This document shows, in pieces, positions 38,164-49,300 of a stretch of 64,000 nucleotides of DNA. Below the pieces are notes generated by a model, which saw nothing but the letters and a program-made list of their open reading frames with translations, did no database searches and was not told where the DNA came from. Each line of letters starts with the position of its first letter. The first letter of the stretch is position 1. The DNA is taken from positions 1-64,000 of the forward strand of contig CAVZVA010000010.1 of assembly GCA_963778655.1 (NCBI GenBank), read 5' to 3'. The position numbers and the translations under genes were made by a program. This stretch comes from an uncultured delta proteobacterium (GTDB lineage Bacteria; Myxococcota_A; Polyangia; Polyangiales; JAFGIB01).

Positions 38164-38643
38164 CCGCCCGGCAGATCGCGTGCCGTGCGCGGCCGTCACG
38201 GGGGCAGCACTCGGGCCGCTTGCAGGTCGGGTCCAACCGCGGCTACAACTCTTGGCCAGCTCGCAGGACGCCTTCACCGTTCGAACGACAAGCGCAGTCT
38301 CAATGAGGACCTGGAGCTTCTCGGTTGGCTGTGCGCACCCGAGCGCGGCTGCCGGCCCGGCCGCGAGGCCTGCCTCGGTGCCGGTCGAAGCACGACCCGC
38401 CGCGGTCACCGAATCTGCCACGGCAGCGGCCCTCGAGCGGGTTTGGGGCCCGCGCTGACACTCGGCCATGCCGGCCGCTGCTCGGTGCTCGCGCCCTTGC
38501 TGTTGCGCGATCAGGTAGAATTGTCGCGGCGGTATGGCCAATGCCCGTTGTGGCTGGTACCCGAGACCGCGCGGCGCGAGCTGGAGCAGATCAGCGGTAG
38601 AGGAGCTGCGGCCTGAAGACCGCCGGGCCAGGGAGGCGGGCGG

Positions 38644-39501
38644 CTACCTCGACTTGATGAAGGTGCCCTGCTCGAGCTCGCGGAACGCCGTTCGCAGCTC
38701 CTGTGCGGTGTTCATCACGATTGGCCCCTGCCACGCGATCGGCTCGCGAATCGGCTTGCCGGAGATCAACAGGAAGCGCAATGCCTCGCCGGCGGTCGAG
38801 GCCTCGACCTGGTCCCCGTCGCCGAACAGGACCAAGTGCCGGTCCCCGATCGCGCGATCCCGAGCCGCGTCGAGGTAGCCGCTGCCCCCGATCACGTAGG
38901 CAAACACGGTGTGGCCGCGCGGAGTCGCGTGCAGAAAGCTGCCGTTCGCGGGCACGCTCACGTCGAGATACTCGGGTTGGATGGCGACGTCCCGGACGGG
39001 TCCGACCACACCGGCGACCTCGCCGGCGACGATCTTGATCGCGGCGCCGCCGGAGGCCGTGACCGTGGGAATCTCCGACGCGGTGATCCCCTGGTAGCGG
39101 GGCGCGCTCATCTTCTTGGCGGCGGGCAGGTTGGCCCACAGCTGGAAGCCGTACATCGCGCCCCCGGCGTCTCCCTTCGGCATCTCCTGGTGGATGATCC
39201 CGCTTCCAGCGCTCATCCACTGCACGTCCCCCGGCGTGATCACGCCGCGATTGCCAAGGCTGTCGCGGTGCTCGACCTCGCCACGCAGCACGTAGGTGAT
39301 CGTTTCCATGCCCCGGTGTGGATGCCAGGGAAAGCCGGCGGAGTATGCGTCCGGCTGGTCGGAGCGAAAGTCGTCCAGCAGCAGAAATGGATCGTGCTGC
39401 TCCGGATCGCCGAACCCGATCGCGCGATGCAGGTGAACGCCTGCGCCCTCGACGGTCGCGCGGCTCTTGCTGACATGGCGGATAGGCCGAGTCTCGGTCA
39501 T
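38644..39501 (-). CDS. Pirin family protein
   Basis: [56 protein letters not shown]. Confidence 0.95.
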   Translation of the reverse strand: MTETRPIRHVSKSRATVEGAGVHLHRAIGFGDPEQHDPFLLLDDFRSDQPDAYSAGFPWHPHRGMETITYVLRGEVEHRDSLGNRGVITPGDVQWMSAGSGIIHQEMPKGDAGGAMYGFQLWANLPAAKKMSAPRYQGITASEIPTVTASGGAAIKIVAGEVAGVVGPVRDVAIQPEYLDVSVPANGSFLHATPRGHTVFAYVIGGSGYLDAARDRAIGDRHLVLFGDGDQVEASTAGEALRFLLISGKPIREPIAWQGPIVMNTAQELRTAFRELEQGTFIKSR

Positions 39502-39798
39502 GGCGATCCAGTCCTTTGTGAGTCTCGTGTTCGCGGGGCGCGGCGCCTGTGACGAGAATGTGAGGCCGCGACGCGGACAGGCAAGGCCCAGGCATGGCCG
39601 GCGGCCGAGCCAGTCGCGCGTCCATCCTCTTCATGCCACAACCTGCGGCGCTCGGCGGCGGCCGAAGTCCGACAATCGCCCGGGCGCGGGCGCTCGCTGG
39701 CGGCCGGTGGCACGTCGCCCCGCGAGCAACACCGGCAAGCCTCTGCCGCTCGCGCGGCAGCTTGCCGTGCCAACTGGAACCGTCCGCCTAACTCGAGA

Positions 39799-39848
39799 CT
39801 AAATGACCGATCACGATTCGGGAACGGCCATCCCGATCGGTCATTTAG
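39799..39848. promoter_or_regulatory. Perfect 14-bp inverted repeat (CTAAATGACCGATC / GATCGGTCATTTAG) with 22-nt spacer
   Basis: Seen directly in the intergenic region between the amidohydrolase and pirin genes; function unknown. Confidence 0.55.
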
Positions 39849-39987
39849 CGCTGCGGCGGATGCCGCACCGCCGCGAGAGGGTGAGTGCGCAAGGCTTTGC
39901 CTCGCGCACAGGGAGTCGGCGCGACTCCCTGACAATCAAAGGAGAAAATCAGAGTTTGTGATTCGATCCCGAATCGCGAGCTCTGAT

Positions 39988-41139
39988 TTAGCCCAGCATC
40001 CCGCCCATCATCTGCTCGAAGTTCGCGCGGTAGAACAGCTCCTTGGCTGCTTCGTCGATGTCGTCCATCGTCCGCTCGAACCGTCCCAGCGGGTCGGTCG
40101 TCCCCTCCGGGTGCGGATAGTCGCTCGAAAACATGAACAGGTCGGCGCCACCGTCTTTGATCATGCGGCCGACGTCCTCGCCGGGGAACGGCGTGAACTT
40201 CATGGCGCGACGGATGTACTCCGAAGGCTTGAGCGAGAGCTGCCGCAGGTAGGGGTCGGTTTTCACGAACGCCTTGTGGGCGAAGTCGAGCTGCCGCAGA
40301 AACTCCGGAACCCAGCCCGCGCCCGACTCGATCACGCCGCCGCGCAGCTCCGGGAAGCGTTCGAACACGCCATCGTAGACCATGGCGGTGAGGAAGATCT
40401 GCGGCGCGACGTTGAGCAGCATGTAGTCGGCGAAGCGGAGGTTTTCGCCACCGCCGTGCAGGTCGGGCGCGCGCTCGCGACCGTTGTTGTGGAAGGTCCT
40501 CGGTTGGGTCTTGGTGCCGGGCCCGATGTGCAGCATGAACGGCGTGTCGCGCTCGCAAAGCCGGGCCCAGAACGGATCGAGATCGGGGTGCCCCGGCGAG
40601 CGCTCGCCCGCCGGACCAGCGGACACCTGGATGGCACGGCACCCGGCGTCGAGTGCCGCGTCGAGCTCTTCGAGCGCACGCCGCGGGTCGTTCAGCGGCA
40701 CGTAGCCCACGCCGATGAGCCGTCGATCCTCCGAGCAAAACGCACCCATCGCGCGATTGTGGGCCCGGACGCCCCGGTACATGAGGTCTGGGTCCTTGGC
40801 GGCGAGCGCCGGTCCCAGCGAAGCGGTCGGAAACACGAGCTGGCTCGTGAACCCGAGCTGGTCGAGCACGGCCTTGCGCTCCGCGCCGTCGAAGGCGCCG
40901 AACGCGGTCCAACCCTTGGGGCCGGCGATCGGATTCTCCGCGGCCTTCGCGCGTGCGACGGGATCGTGCCGGCGCTGCTTCGCCTCGTCCAGCAGCCGAT
41001 CGATGCGGTTGGGCGCGCGCCCGTAGAGCGGTCGCAACTTCTCGGTGAGCTCGACATCCAAGTAGGGATCGAGCCACTCGCGCGTTTCCATGACGTGGCT
41101 ATCCGCGTCGTGACAGATGCGGCCGCTGACGTAGGGCAT
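39988..41139 (-). CDS. Amidohydrolase-2 family metallo-hydrolase
   Basis: HDADSHVME, SPGHPD.DPFWA, LHIG, GVFERFP.LR.GVIE.GA.WVP, FSSDYPHPEG. Confidence 0.9.
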   Translation of the reverse strand: MPYVSGRICHDADSHVMETREWLDPYLDVELTEKLRPLYGRAPNRIDRLLDEAKQRRHDPVARAKAAENPIAGPKGWTAFGAFDGAERKAVLDQLGFTSQLVFPTASLGPALAAKDPDLMYRGVRAHNRAMGAFCSEDRRLIGVGYVPLNDPRRALEELDAALDAGCRAIQVSAGPAGERSPGHPDLDPFWARLCERDTPFMLHIGPGTKTQPRTFHNNGRERAPDLHGGGENLRFADYMLLNVAPQIFLTAMVYDGVFERFPELRGGVIESGAGWVPEFLRQLDFAHKAFVKTDPYLRQLSLKPSEYIRRAMKFTPFPGEDVGRMIKDGGADLFMFSSDYPHPEGTTDPLGRFERTMDDIDEAAKELFYRANFEQMMGGMLG

Positions 41140-41347
41140 CCCGACCTCCCTCGGCGCTGAACGCCGGCTCCACAGCTGCCAGCCGCCGCGCAGCCGAAGC
41201 GCGCGCTGGAGGCTGTCAGTAATTTGCGCATACCCCAATTACTGAAGCCGGTCAACGACGGCGAGGGCGCGCGCCCGCGGAAAGGCCGAATGCGCCAGAA
41301 TCCACCAAGCGCGCCGGGTCGAGGCCGAATCGGGCCTCGCCCCCGCG

Positions 41348-42007
41348 TCAGCGCCGGCGTTTGCCGCGCTCGAGTCGGTCCCCGATGCTGCGTAGCTGGC
41401 CGGACCGGCCGAGGGCGCCAGAGGCCCAGATCCCGATCGCGCTGCGCAGCGCGTCACGCCGCGATACGTGTAACCGCTCGGCAAAGTCCGGCTCGAGCAC
41501 CAACGCGAAGATGTGGTTGAGTAGCGCGAACGCGACCCCTTCGTCGACCTGCGGCTTGAGCAGCGGGCGCAGCAGCCTCGCTCCGCGCTGCTTGCGCTCT
41601 TCCATCACCGCTCGATAGCGCCGCCAGACGGCAGGGTAGTCGCTCTTCAAGTCGCGCACGAAGGCGGGGGAAAGCGTGGCGTTGGCGTCGGCCCAAGCGT
41701 CGATCCAGTGCATGTACTGATCGAAGTCGTCGCGCGACGCCTCGGGATCGCGCCTGGCGGCCTCCGCCGCGCCCAGCTCGTCCGCCCAGCGATCCACGCA
41801 AGCCATGGCCAGCGCTTGCTTGGACGGATACAGCTTGTAGAGCGTCGCGGCGCTGATCCGCAGCTCGGTGGCCAGCTCGGTCATGATCAGGGCACGAAGG
41901 CCGAAACGCTTGGCCTTGGCCGAGAACACATCGAGGATCTGGGTACCTATCTGCTCAGGATCATGGCGAATTCGCCGTGTCGCATGCCGGCGCGCGCTGG
42001 AGGGCAT
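41348..42007 (-). CDS. TetR/AcrR-family regulator
   Basis: HTH M.ELA.EL.IS.ATLY..YPSK..L. Confidence 0.82.
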   Translation of the reverse strand: MPSSARRHATRRIRHDPEQIGTQILDVFSAKAKRFGLRALIMTELATELRISAATLYKLYPSKQALAMACVDRWADELGAAEAARRDPEASRDDFDQYMHWIDAWADANATLSPAFVRDLKSDYPAVWRRYRAVMEERKQRGARLLRPLLKPQVDEGVAFALLNHIFALVLEPDFAERLHVSRRDALRSAIGIWASGALGRSGQLRSIGDRLERGKRRR

Positions 42008-42135
42008 GCCCGGTGCTTACGATACTCTGCGATTACCCGCAATGCCTGCGGCTTCCGAGCCCGGTCAGCCACTCCGGCCGCGCGGCGACGCAACCGAAGC
42101 GGCCTCGAAAGGCGGCAGCTCGGCGCGCGGCCGAG

Positions 42136-42944
42136 TCAGTTCCAGGCGTTCGCCGGCATGTTCGCCATCACCGCCTGAATCATCATCATCTTGCCATCGA
42201 TGACTTTGAACAGCTCGCCGACGACCAGCGTGCTCGGATCGTGGGTGAACGGGAACATGCCCCACAAGCGATCTTGGTGACGTCGAGCTTGTGGTAGTAG
42301 ATGCTGTCCGGCGCGTCGTTTTGCGCGATCAGCCAATCCACGATCATCTTGTGCTCGTTGCCATCGCCGTTGGACACGTGCGCTTCGACCACGAACCCGT
42401 GCGAAGCCCAGCGTTGCAGGTGATCCATGTACTGAAACGGCTGCGAGCCGCCGCCGCAGCCCCAGCTGAAGATCGGGTGCAGCTCGCCGTTCGCGCCGAG
42501 CTCGGTCGGATGCGCGATCCAGCCCATGTTCGGTCCGACGTTCTGGTCGATCGTGACGTCGTATGGACCCATGGCGTCGACGTTGTCCGCGGGCAGCAGC
42601 TTGCCGGCCGTGCTGGTCGTGCCGGCGTCGGCCACCGCGGCGCTGCCGGCGTCGACCGGCGGCGGCGCGACGCCGCCCCCGGTGGCGGCGTTGCCCATGG
42701 CCGGCGACATGGCCGAGCCCGCCGTTCCCATGGGCGAGCTGCCCGCGGTCATCGGCGTGGCCCCCGAGCCGCCGGTCGCGAGCATCGTCATGCCGCCGCT
42801 GCCCGTCGCCGGTAAGCCGCCGGTCCCAGGCACGCCGGGCGTGTGGGCTGCGCCGGACGCTGGCGTCTTTGCGTTGCCCGAACAGCCCAGGCTGAGCGCT
42901 GCTGCGGCCGCCACCATGAGGCTCTGCCATGCTGCCCTCTTCAT
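42136..42944 (-). pseudogene. Chimeric locus: alpha/beta-hydrolase lipoprotein truncated before its catalytic Ser, joined out of frame to the C-terminus of an unrelated gene
   Basis: Frame 1 reads ...HPIFSWG...Y..HL.RWASHGFVV...YYHKLDVTKIA and then loses coherence at about 42266 with no GHSxG; another frame continues WGMFPFTHDPSTLVVGELFKVIDGKMMMIQAVMANMPANAWN to the stop at 42136. Confidence 0.65.
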
Positions 42945-43281
42945 CCGCGTGGCCTCCTGCGACACGCGCGCACGTGCGCGCACCCGATTACCCGTACTGC
43001 GGGTCGCGACCGCAAACCTGTCTGGACGCCTAAGAGAAGCCTACTCAAGTGCTACGTTTCGGCCTTCCTGGTGCCTCGACCCAGAGGACTCGGCCGGTGC
43101 CTGCCTCGTCCTCCGAACCCGCGGCGCGGTTGCGGTGCATCGCGCCTCTCGCCGTGATCGTCCCAGGTCGCGGACACCGCACGAAGTAGGTGCGCAGGTC
43201 TTGGCGCGCTCGGAATTGAATGCAAGGATGACGCCGTCGCGCGCCGCGAAGGGTGTCACACGCGCGACGAGGTGGTGTGTG

Positions 43282-45138
43282 ATGCGTTGTCTGAAACGCG
43301 CACGGATTGGTGCGTGTGTCCTGGCGTGGGTTGTGACGGCGTGCGGCGGCGGCAGCAAGACGCACCAAGAGGATGCCGCCGTGGTGGTCTCGCCGCCGGC
43401 GGGGGACCTGCCGTGCGACGTCGCGGCGGTCGTCGAGCAACACTGCGTCATGTGCCACGGCACCATGCTGCAAGCCGGAGCTCCGGTGCATTTGCAGCAT
43501 GCGAGCGACTTCGCGGCGGAGCGGGAAGGCACGACCGTGGGCCAGATCGCGCTCATGCTCGTACGCAGCCCGGTGCGAACGATGCCCCCGCCGCCCAATC
43601 CGCGCATCAGCGACGCCGAGCTCGCGACGCTGCAGGCGTTCGTCAGCGGCGGCGCGCTGCCGGTCGAGAACGGCTGCGCCGTACCGGACCTGCCGCCAGA
43701 CACCACGACGATGACGCCAGGCACCACGACCATGGCGCCCGGCACGATGATGACGCCGGGCACCACGATGACGCCGGGAGCGATGACGACGCCCGATATG
43801 AAGGCTGACGGCGGGTCGGTCGCCACGCAGATGCCGGACTCCGGCGCGGACACCGCCGGCGCGAGCTGGAGCATGTTCGGCTACGACCTGACGAATTCGC
43901 GCAACAATGCGGCCGAGCACACGCTCTCGCCCGAGAACGTGAGCACCCTGCACATGGTCTGGCAGTGGACCGGAGCGGCTACGACCAGCACGCCGGCGAT
44001 CGTCGACGGCGTCGTGTACCTGCCGGCCTGGGATGGCAAGGTGTACGCCCTTCACGCGCAGGACGGCTCACCGGTATGGACCGCCACCCTGCCGAACCTG
44101 ATCGATTCTTCGCCGTCGGTCAGCGCCGACCTGGTGTTCGTCTCGGACAACAAGGGCTGGGTGCACGCGATCGATCGCGCCACCGGGGACGTGAAGTGGT
44201 CAGTCCAAGTCGACAAGCACGCCGAGGCGCACGTGTGGAGCTCGCCGGCGTTCATCGCCGACCCTGGTATCGTCGTGGTCGGCGTCGCGTCGGGCGAGGA
44301 AGCGCTCTCGGCGCCCTACACCTTCCGCGGCAGCGTGGTCGCGCTCAACGCGAGCGACGGTACGGAGAAGTGGCGCTTCTACACCACCGACAACGACAGC
44401 AAATCGGGGCCTGGCATCTCGGTCTGGGGCACGGTGGCGGTGGATACCACGCGCAAGGTGCTGTACGTCGGCACCGGCAACAACTATTCCGAACCGGCGG
44501 GCCCCTACGAGGACTCGATGCTCGCGATCGACTACACCACGGGCCAGCTCGTGTGGTCGCACCAGTTCGCCACCAACGACATCTTTACCGTGTCCAACTT
44601 CGGCGGCGGCCCCGACTCCGACATCGGCGCGAGCGCCAACCTGTTCTCGCTCGATGGCGAGGACTACATCGGCATCGGCGTCAAGAACGGCCAGTACTAC
44701 GTGCTCGACCGCGATACCGGCATGATCGAGCACATGTCGCCGCTGACCGACGGCTCCGTGCTCGGCGGCGTGATCAGCGCGAGCGCCTACGCCGACGGGG
44801 TCGCCTTCGTCGCGTCGAACCGCTACTCGGAAGGCCTGACCGACACCTGCGCGGTCGACGTGCGGGACGGTCACGTGATTTGGCGCCAGACGACCACGAA
44901 CATCACGTATGGCGCGGTCGCGCACGCAAACGGCGTGGTCTACGTCGGCACCACGGACAAGACGGTGTACGCGCTCGACGGCACCAGCGGCGACGTGCTG
45001 TGGATGACCGATGCGCCCGATTCGATCGCCGGCGGCCCCGCGGTCTCGGGCGGCCGGTTGTTCGTGCCGTGGGGCTATCAGTGGACGCTCGGCCGTGGTG
45101 AAGCCGGCAGCGGTGGCCTATTGGTCTTCGGCTTGTGA
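43282..45138 (+). CDS. Lipoprotein with monoheme cytochrome c domain and PQQ-type beta-propeller (PVA dehydrogenase-like)
   Basis: VVTAC lipobox; CVMCH...MPP; WSMFGYDLTNSR, STPAIVDG.VY, VWSSP, LYVGTGNNY, A.D..TG...W repeats. Confidence 0.8.
   Translation: MRCLKRARIGACVLAWVVTACGGGSKTHQEDAAVVVSPPAGDLPCDVAAVVEQHCVMCHGTMLQAGAPVHLQHASDFAAEREGTTVGQIALMLVRSPVRTMPPPPNPRISDAELATLQAFVSGGALPVENGCAVPDLPPDTTTMTPGTTTMAPGTMMTPGTTMTPGAMTTPDMKADGGSVATQMPDSGADTAGASWSMFGYDLTNSRNNAAEHTLSPENVSTLHMVWQWTGAATTSTPAIVDGVVYLPAWDGKVYALHAQDGSPVWTATLPNLIDSSPSVSADLVFVSDNKGWVHAIDRATGDVKWSVQVDKHAEAHVWSSPAFIADPGIVVVGVASGEEALSAPYTFRGSVVALNASDGTEKWRFYTTDNDSKSGPGISVWGTVAVDTTRKVLYVGTGNNYSEPAGPYEDSMLAIDYTTGQLVWSHQFATNDIFTVSNFGGGPDSDIGASANLFSLDGEDYIGIGVKNGQYYVLDRDTGMIEHMSPLTDGSVLGGVISASAYADGVAFVASNRYSEGLTDTCAVDVRDGHVIWRQTTTNITYGAVAHANGVVYVGTTDKTVYALDGTSGDVLWMTDAPDSIAGGPAVSGGRLFVPWGYQWTLGRGEAGSGGLLVFGL
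43702..43797 (+). repeat. Coding tandem repeat (about 5 x 18 bp, TTMTPG-like linker)
   Basis: TTTMTPG TTTMAPG TMMTPG TTMTPG AMTTPD between the cytochrome and propeller domains. Confidence 0.75.
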
Positions 45139-45280
45139 GATACCACGCGCCCCGGTTGCATCGCGGCTTCCAGCCCCCGCACGGCTTGCCTCTACGCCGG
45201 CATTCCCATTGTCGCCCGTCGATTGTTTCGGCTTCGCATCCAAGCGCGGGTGCGCGCCAGCGGCGGCAATCCCGCCCCGT

Positions 45281-45577
45281 TCACGGCGCGGGCTCGGCAC
45301 GCGCGAGCGCGATCGCGCGTTCCGGGCATGCGCTGACGCACAAGCCGCAGGCGTGACATTGATCCGCGCGCACCGCGAACGCCTGCTTGTAGCCGTGAAA
45401 GAACGCCTTGATCCCCCCGGCGAACGATAGCTGCGCGCGCTCTTGAGGGTCGAGCTTCCGGAGCTCGAACACCTGATACGGGCACACCCGCACGCAGTCC
45501 TGCTTGCCCTCGCAGCAGTTGCGATCGATCACCGGCGAAAGGGCGCCGGCTCGCTTGCAGCTGGAAAGGTCGGTCAT
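45281..45577 (-). CDS. Dicluster Fe-S ferredoxin
   Basis: CEGKQDCVRVCP and CHACGLCVSACP motifs. Confidence 0.88.
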   Translation of the reverse strand: MTDLSSCKRAGALSPVIDRNCCEGKQDCVRVCPYQVFELRKLDPQERAQLSFAGGIKAFFHGYKQAFAVRADQCHACGLCVSACPERAIALARAEPAP

Positions 45578-45588
45578 GGGAGGGCGCG

Positions 45589-46224
45589 TCAGCGCTCGTC
45601 GCCGTTTAGGATCGTTTCGATCTGCCGAATGGCCTCGTCGAGGATCTGGTGGACCTGTGCTTGGCTCTTGGCCGAGAGTTGCCCGCGGCGCGCGGCGCGC
45701 TTGAACGTCCTGATCAGATGAGCACCACGACGCATCAGCTCGCCGAAATCCTCCATCTGTCGCGGCCACGCGTCGTCCCCGAGGCGCTCGTAGAACTCCT
45801 TGACCTCGGGTTGATGCTCGGCCAGATCGCGCCGGCCCTGCTCGGTGATCGCATAGACCTTGCGCGTGTCCTGTTCCTCGACTTGGGCGTGACCAAGCTC
45901 GTGCAGCATCTGCAGGGTCGGATAGACGACGCCGGGGCTGGGTCGATACGTACCCCCGCTACGGGCCTCGATCGACTGGATGACTTCGTAGCCGTGGCGC
46001 GGCTGCTCGGAAATCGCGTCGAGCACCAGATAGCGCACTCCACCGCGCTCTGCCCGCGGAGGCGGATCGAAGTCGCCGAACCAGCCGAACCCAGGCTGGC
46101 CGGGACGTCCCGGTCCGCCCCAAGGCCCTCGCCCCCACCGGGGCCGGCGCCCAGCCGCGTGCCACCCTCGCGGGGACCCTCCGGGTCCCCGACCACGGCC
46201 AGAATCCCAAAATATTTCAAACAT
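45589..46224 (-). CDS. PadR-family regulator (YqjI-like) with Gly/Pro/Arg-rich N-terminus
   Basis: RG.VR.LVL..I.EQPRHGYEVIQ.IE.RSGG.YRPSPGVVYPTL, RKVYAITEQG. Confidence 0.92.
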   Translation of the reverse strand: MFEIFWDSGRGRGPGGSPRGWHAAGRRPRWGRGPWGGPGRPGQPGFGWFGDFDPPPRAERGGVRYLVLDAISEQPRHGYEVIQSIEARSGGTYRPSPGVVYPTLQMLHELGHAQVEEQDTRKVYAITEQGRRDLAEHQPEVKEFYERLGDDAWPRQMEDFGELMRRGAHLIRTFKRAARRGQLSAKSQAQVHQILDEAIRQIETILNGDER

Positions 46225-46251
46225 ATATATGCGTCCCTGGGGCCTCGGGCC

Positions 46252-46290
46252 CAGTATATAGATATGTCTAGAAGACATATCTATATACTG
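46252..46290. promoter_or_regulatory. Perfect 18-bp inverted repeat, putative PadR operator
   Basis: CAGTATATAGATATGTCT-AGA-AGACATATCTATATACTG, 28 bp upstream of the padR start; very AT-rich. Confidence 0.8.
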
Positions 46291-46380
46291 CCGCGAGCCG
46301 GCTTGGTCAAGTCCCGGCTTTGTCGCGCTGGGCCTTTAGCCGCCAGCGTCCGGCTCAGCCGTCGCGCGTTTGCGGCAGGC

Positions 46381-49300
46381 TCACGCGGTGACGACCGACT
46401 CGACCTTGACGCCGCTCACATCACCATGGACGAGCAAAGCCTCGGCGAGCGTGTGTAAGAACGCCCGATCGGAGACCTGCGTGTCAGGTGCATCTTGATG
46501 AACGAAGACGGCCGCGAGGAGCTCCGTGCCATCTCTGGTTCCGAACAAGAGCACGGGCTCGAAGATCCGGCCTTGCTGGTCGGTGTAGCGGCGCGCAGGG
46601 GCCTGGCTTGAAGCGGCGTCTGCTTGCACCTCTGGGCCGCACTCGGCGAGCACATGCCCGTGAACCCAGGCATCGATGCCTGCGTCGGCCGAGTCGTCGG
46701 GCAGTGCCGCGATCAGCTTGACCCCGCCGTCGTAGACTCCGTACAGATAGCCGGAGAAGCCTCGCACATGCTCGAGCAGCAGTGTCAGCGCGCAGCGGGC
46801 ACGGTCGCCCGTGTCGAAGCACTCGTCCAAGCGGCTCTGCAGCGTCACGTACGCCGACTGCACCGACGCCATGTCGAGAAGCTCTTGCACGTGGGGCGAG
46901 CGGAGCTCGGAAGCCAGCTCCAGCCGAACAGCTTCTTGCAGCAGGCGCTCGAGCTTTGCGGTCATCGACGGATTCTTGGTGCGCTTGAACTCATCGGCGC
47001 ATAGGTCGGCGAAGCGCTCGAAGTCGGCGCGTTCGGACATGGCGATCGCAAGGCGCGCGCGCGCGTAGTACAGCAATCCGAGCGTGATACCCTTGCGACC
47101 GATCTGGCAGCCGTGTGCGATCGCGTTGTCGAGCAGACGCACTGCGCGATCGCGCTCCCCGCCCCTCGACAGCGCGATCGCTGCCGCCGCGCTGAGCTCG
47201 GTATCGCTGCCACCGCGTTCCTGAGGATCGCACCGCTCGAGATAGTATCGAGCGCGGTTCAACGCTTCGTCATCACGGCCGAGCGCGTTCAGGAGACTGA
47301 GGTGCGCTCCTGCGATGGGAGTGAAGTACAAGCTGCCACGCGATTGGACCAGCGCCAGCGCCTCCTCGACCTGCACGAGCGCGCCCTCCAAATCGCCCTG
47401 CAGCCTGCGCTGATGGCTCCGGCCGAGCAGCAACACCGGCTGCCAGCCCCGGTGCTCGCGCGCCACGACCGCGAGATCGTCGACCGCGCTCTTGACCCCG
47501 AGCAGGTTGCCGAGTCGTGCATGCGCGAGCAGCTGAATGCCGGCTCCGAGGGTCGCGGGCGGACCTTGCAACCCCAACTGCAAGCGATGCAGGTCAGCGC
47601 GACGCAAGCACCTGCGCGCCTCCGTTACGTCGCCCTGATTGAGGGCGAGCACGTGTCTGAGCATCCATGCGATCCCCCGCGTCTGCGGCAGACTTTCCAG
47701 CAGCTGCGCACGCTTCTCCGCCTTCATGCTGCCCCGCGCGGCTTCAATCGCGCCGAGCCCATAGTTGAGACCGAAGACGAGCTCGGCGAGCTTGACCTCG
47801 TCGAGCCCGCAACGGTCGGACTGCGAAATGCGCTCCAAGATCTGTTCCTGGAGCTGAATGCAGCGCTCCGTATCTCCATGAACCCAGGCCCGTGCGATCT
47901 CGATTCGCTTGCGGATCAAGTCGAGCCCAGGCGACAGCGCGAACAGCGGTTCCAGCTCGGACAGGCGTTCGATCGGCCCGACGTCCAGCCCACCCATACC
48001 CATCGCACAGAACGCGTTGACGACGCGCGCGAGCTCTTGGAATGCTTCGGACACAGCATACCCCCGAGCTGTCGGCTCGGTCCGCTCGTAGCGTTGCTGC
48101 GTCTCTTGGAGCGCCTGAAGCAGCCGTACGGATTCCGCGACGTGGGTGAGCTCGCGATAGCGGGCGAGACCGCAATCGTTTTCGACCTGCGTCAGCAGAG
48201 CCGGCGCATGACGCCAGAAGCTATCCCTCGCCAAGACGTACGAGGCCTTGGTGACGATGGCCGTGCGCAAACGCAGCACGGTCCGCGTGTCGAGCCCGTG
48301 GCGCAGAGCCTGCTCGACCGCGCGCTCGAGCAACGGAAGAGGCAGCGTCGTCCTCGGCTCGAGTGTGCGCAGCAGCTCGATGGCCTCGAGCTCCCGACCA
48401 GCCTCGAACAGGTGATGAGCCCGGCCGCCGATTTCCCCGCCTCCCTTCGACGCCAGCCAGTCCGCGAGTCGCGAGTGAATCGGCCGGCCGCGCTCCGCCG
48501 GCATCTCGTCGCACAGCACGGCGACGTAGGCTCGTTGACTGAAACAGTATCGCTCGCCGTCGGCGGAAAACACGCGCTCGGCGATCAGCTCGTCCAGGGC
48601 GGCGAAGGTGCGGGTTTCGTCGCCATGCGACGTGAGCATCACGTAGTCCGGTATCGTGGCACCGTCCCCGTCGGCAAGCGCCAGCGCGTCGCATAGCTCG
48701 CGCGCGTCCTGACTCAGAGTCGAAAGGCGCAGTGAAAGCGACGCCGAGAGCGTCGGGGGCAAGTCTCTCTCGGCGATATAAGTGGGCAAAGACCATCGGC
48801 CGGCCTCGTAGCGCGCGAGATTGGAGTCGACGAGGTGCTGCGCCAAGGTCATCGCGGCACGCGGATTCCCATGAGAAAGCCCATGAATGTGGGTCGCTAC
48901 CAGCCCCAGGTGTGGCACGTCGCCGAACACCGACCGCATCAGCAGCTCGGCATGCTCGGCCGAGAGCTCCTCGATCTCCACTTGCACCGCTCCGGCGTAC
49001 AGCATGCGAAGCGCCGGGGACCGCAAGGCTCTTTCGTTGCGGTCGACGGAGAACACGAGCAGCAGGCGGTTGCGCTGCGCCCTATGGCCAAGCGAGGCAA
49101 GCAGAGCGGCCGAGCGCTCGTCGATGCGGTCGGCATCGTCGACCGCTATCACCATGCGCTGGCTACCGCACAGGGTGAGGATGAAATCCCGCAGCTCCCT
49201 CACCATCACGGCCTCGTCGCGCGCCGAGGGTGGGAGCGTCGTGCGTCCTTGCTCGGGTAGCTCCTCCGGCAAGAAGCCACCGAGCGTCGTCGAGAGCCGG

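Noticed and set aside
38164..38640. Possible small gene or ncRNA between the PD40 lipoprotein and pirin
   Set aside because: No frame has recognisable motifs and no RNA family was recognisable by eye
45281..45577. Ferredoxin as the missing electron donor of the di-iron monooxygenase
   Set aside because: It lies about 15 kb away in a separate PadR unit and is not an NADH-oxidising flavoprotein; nothing links the two
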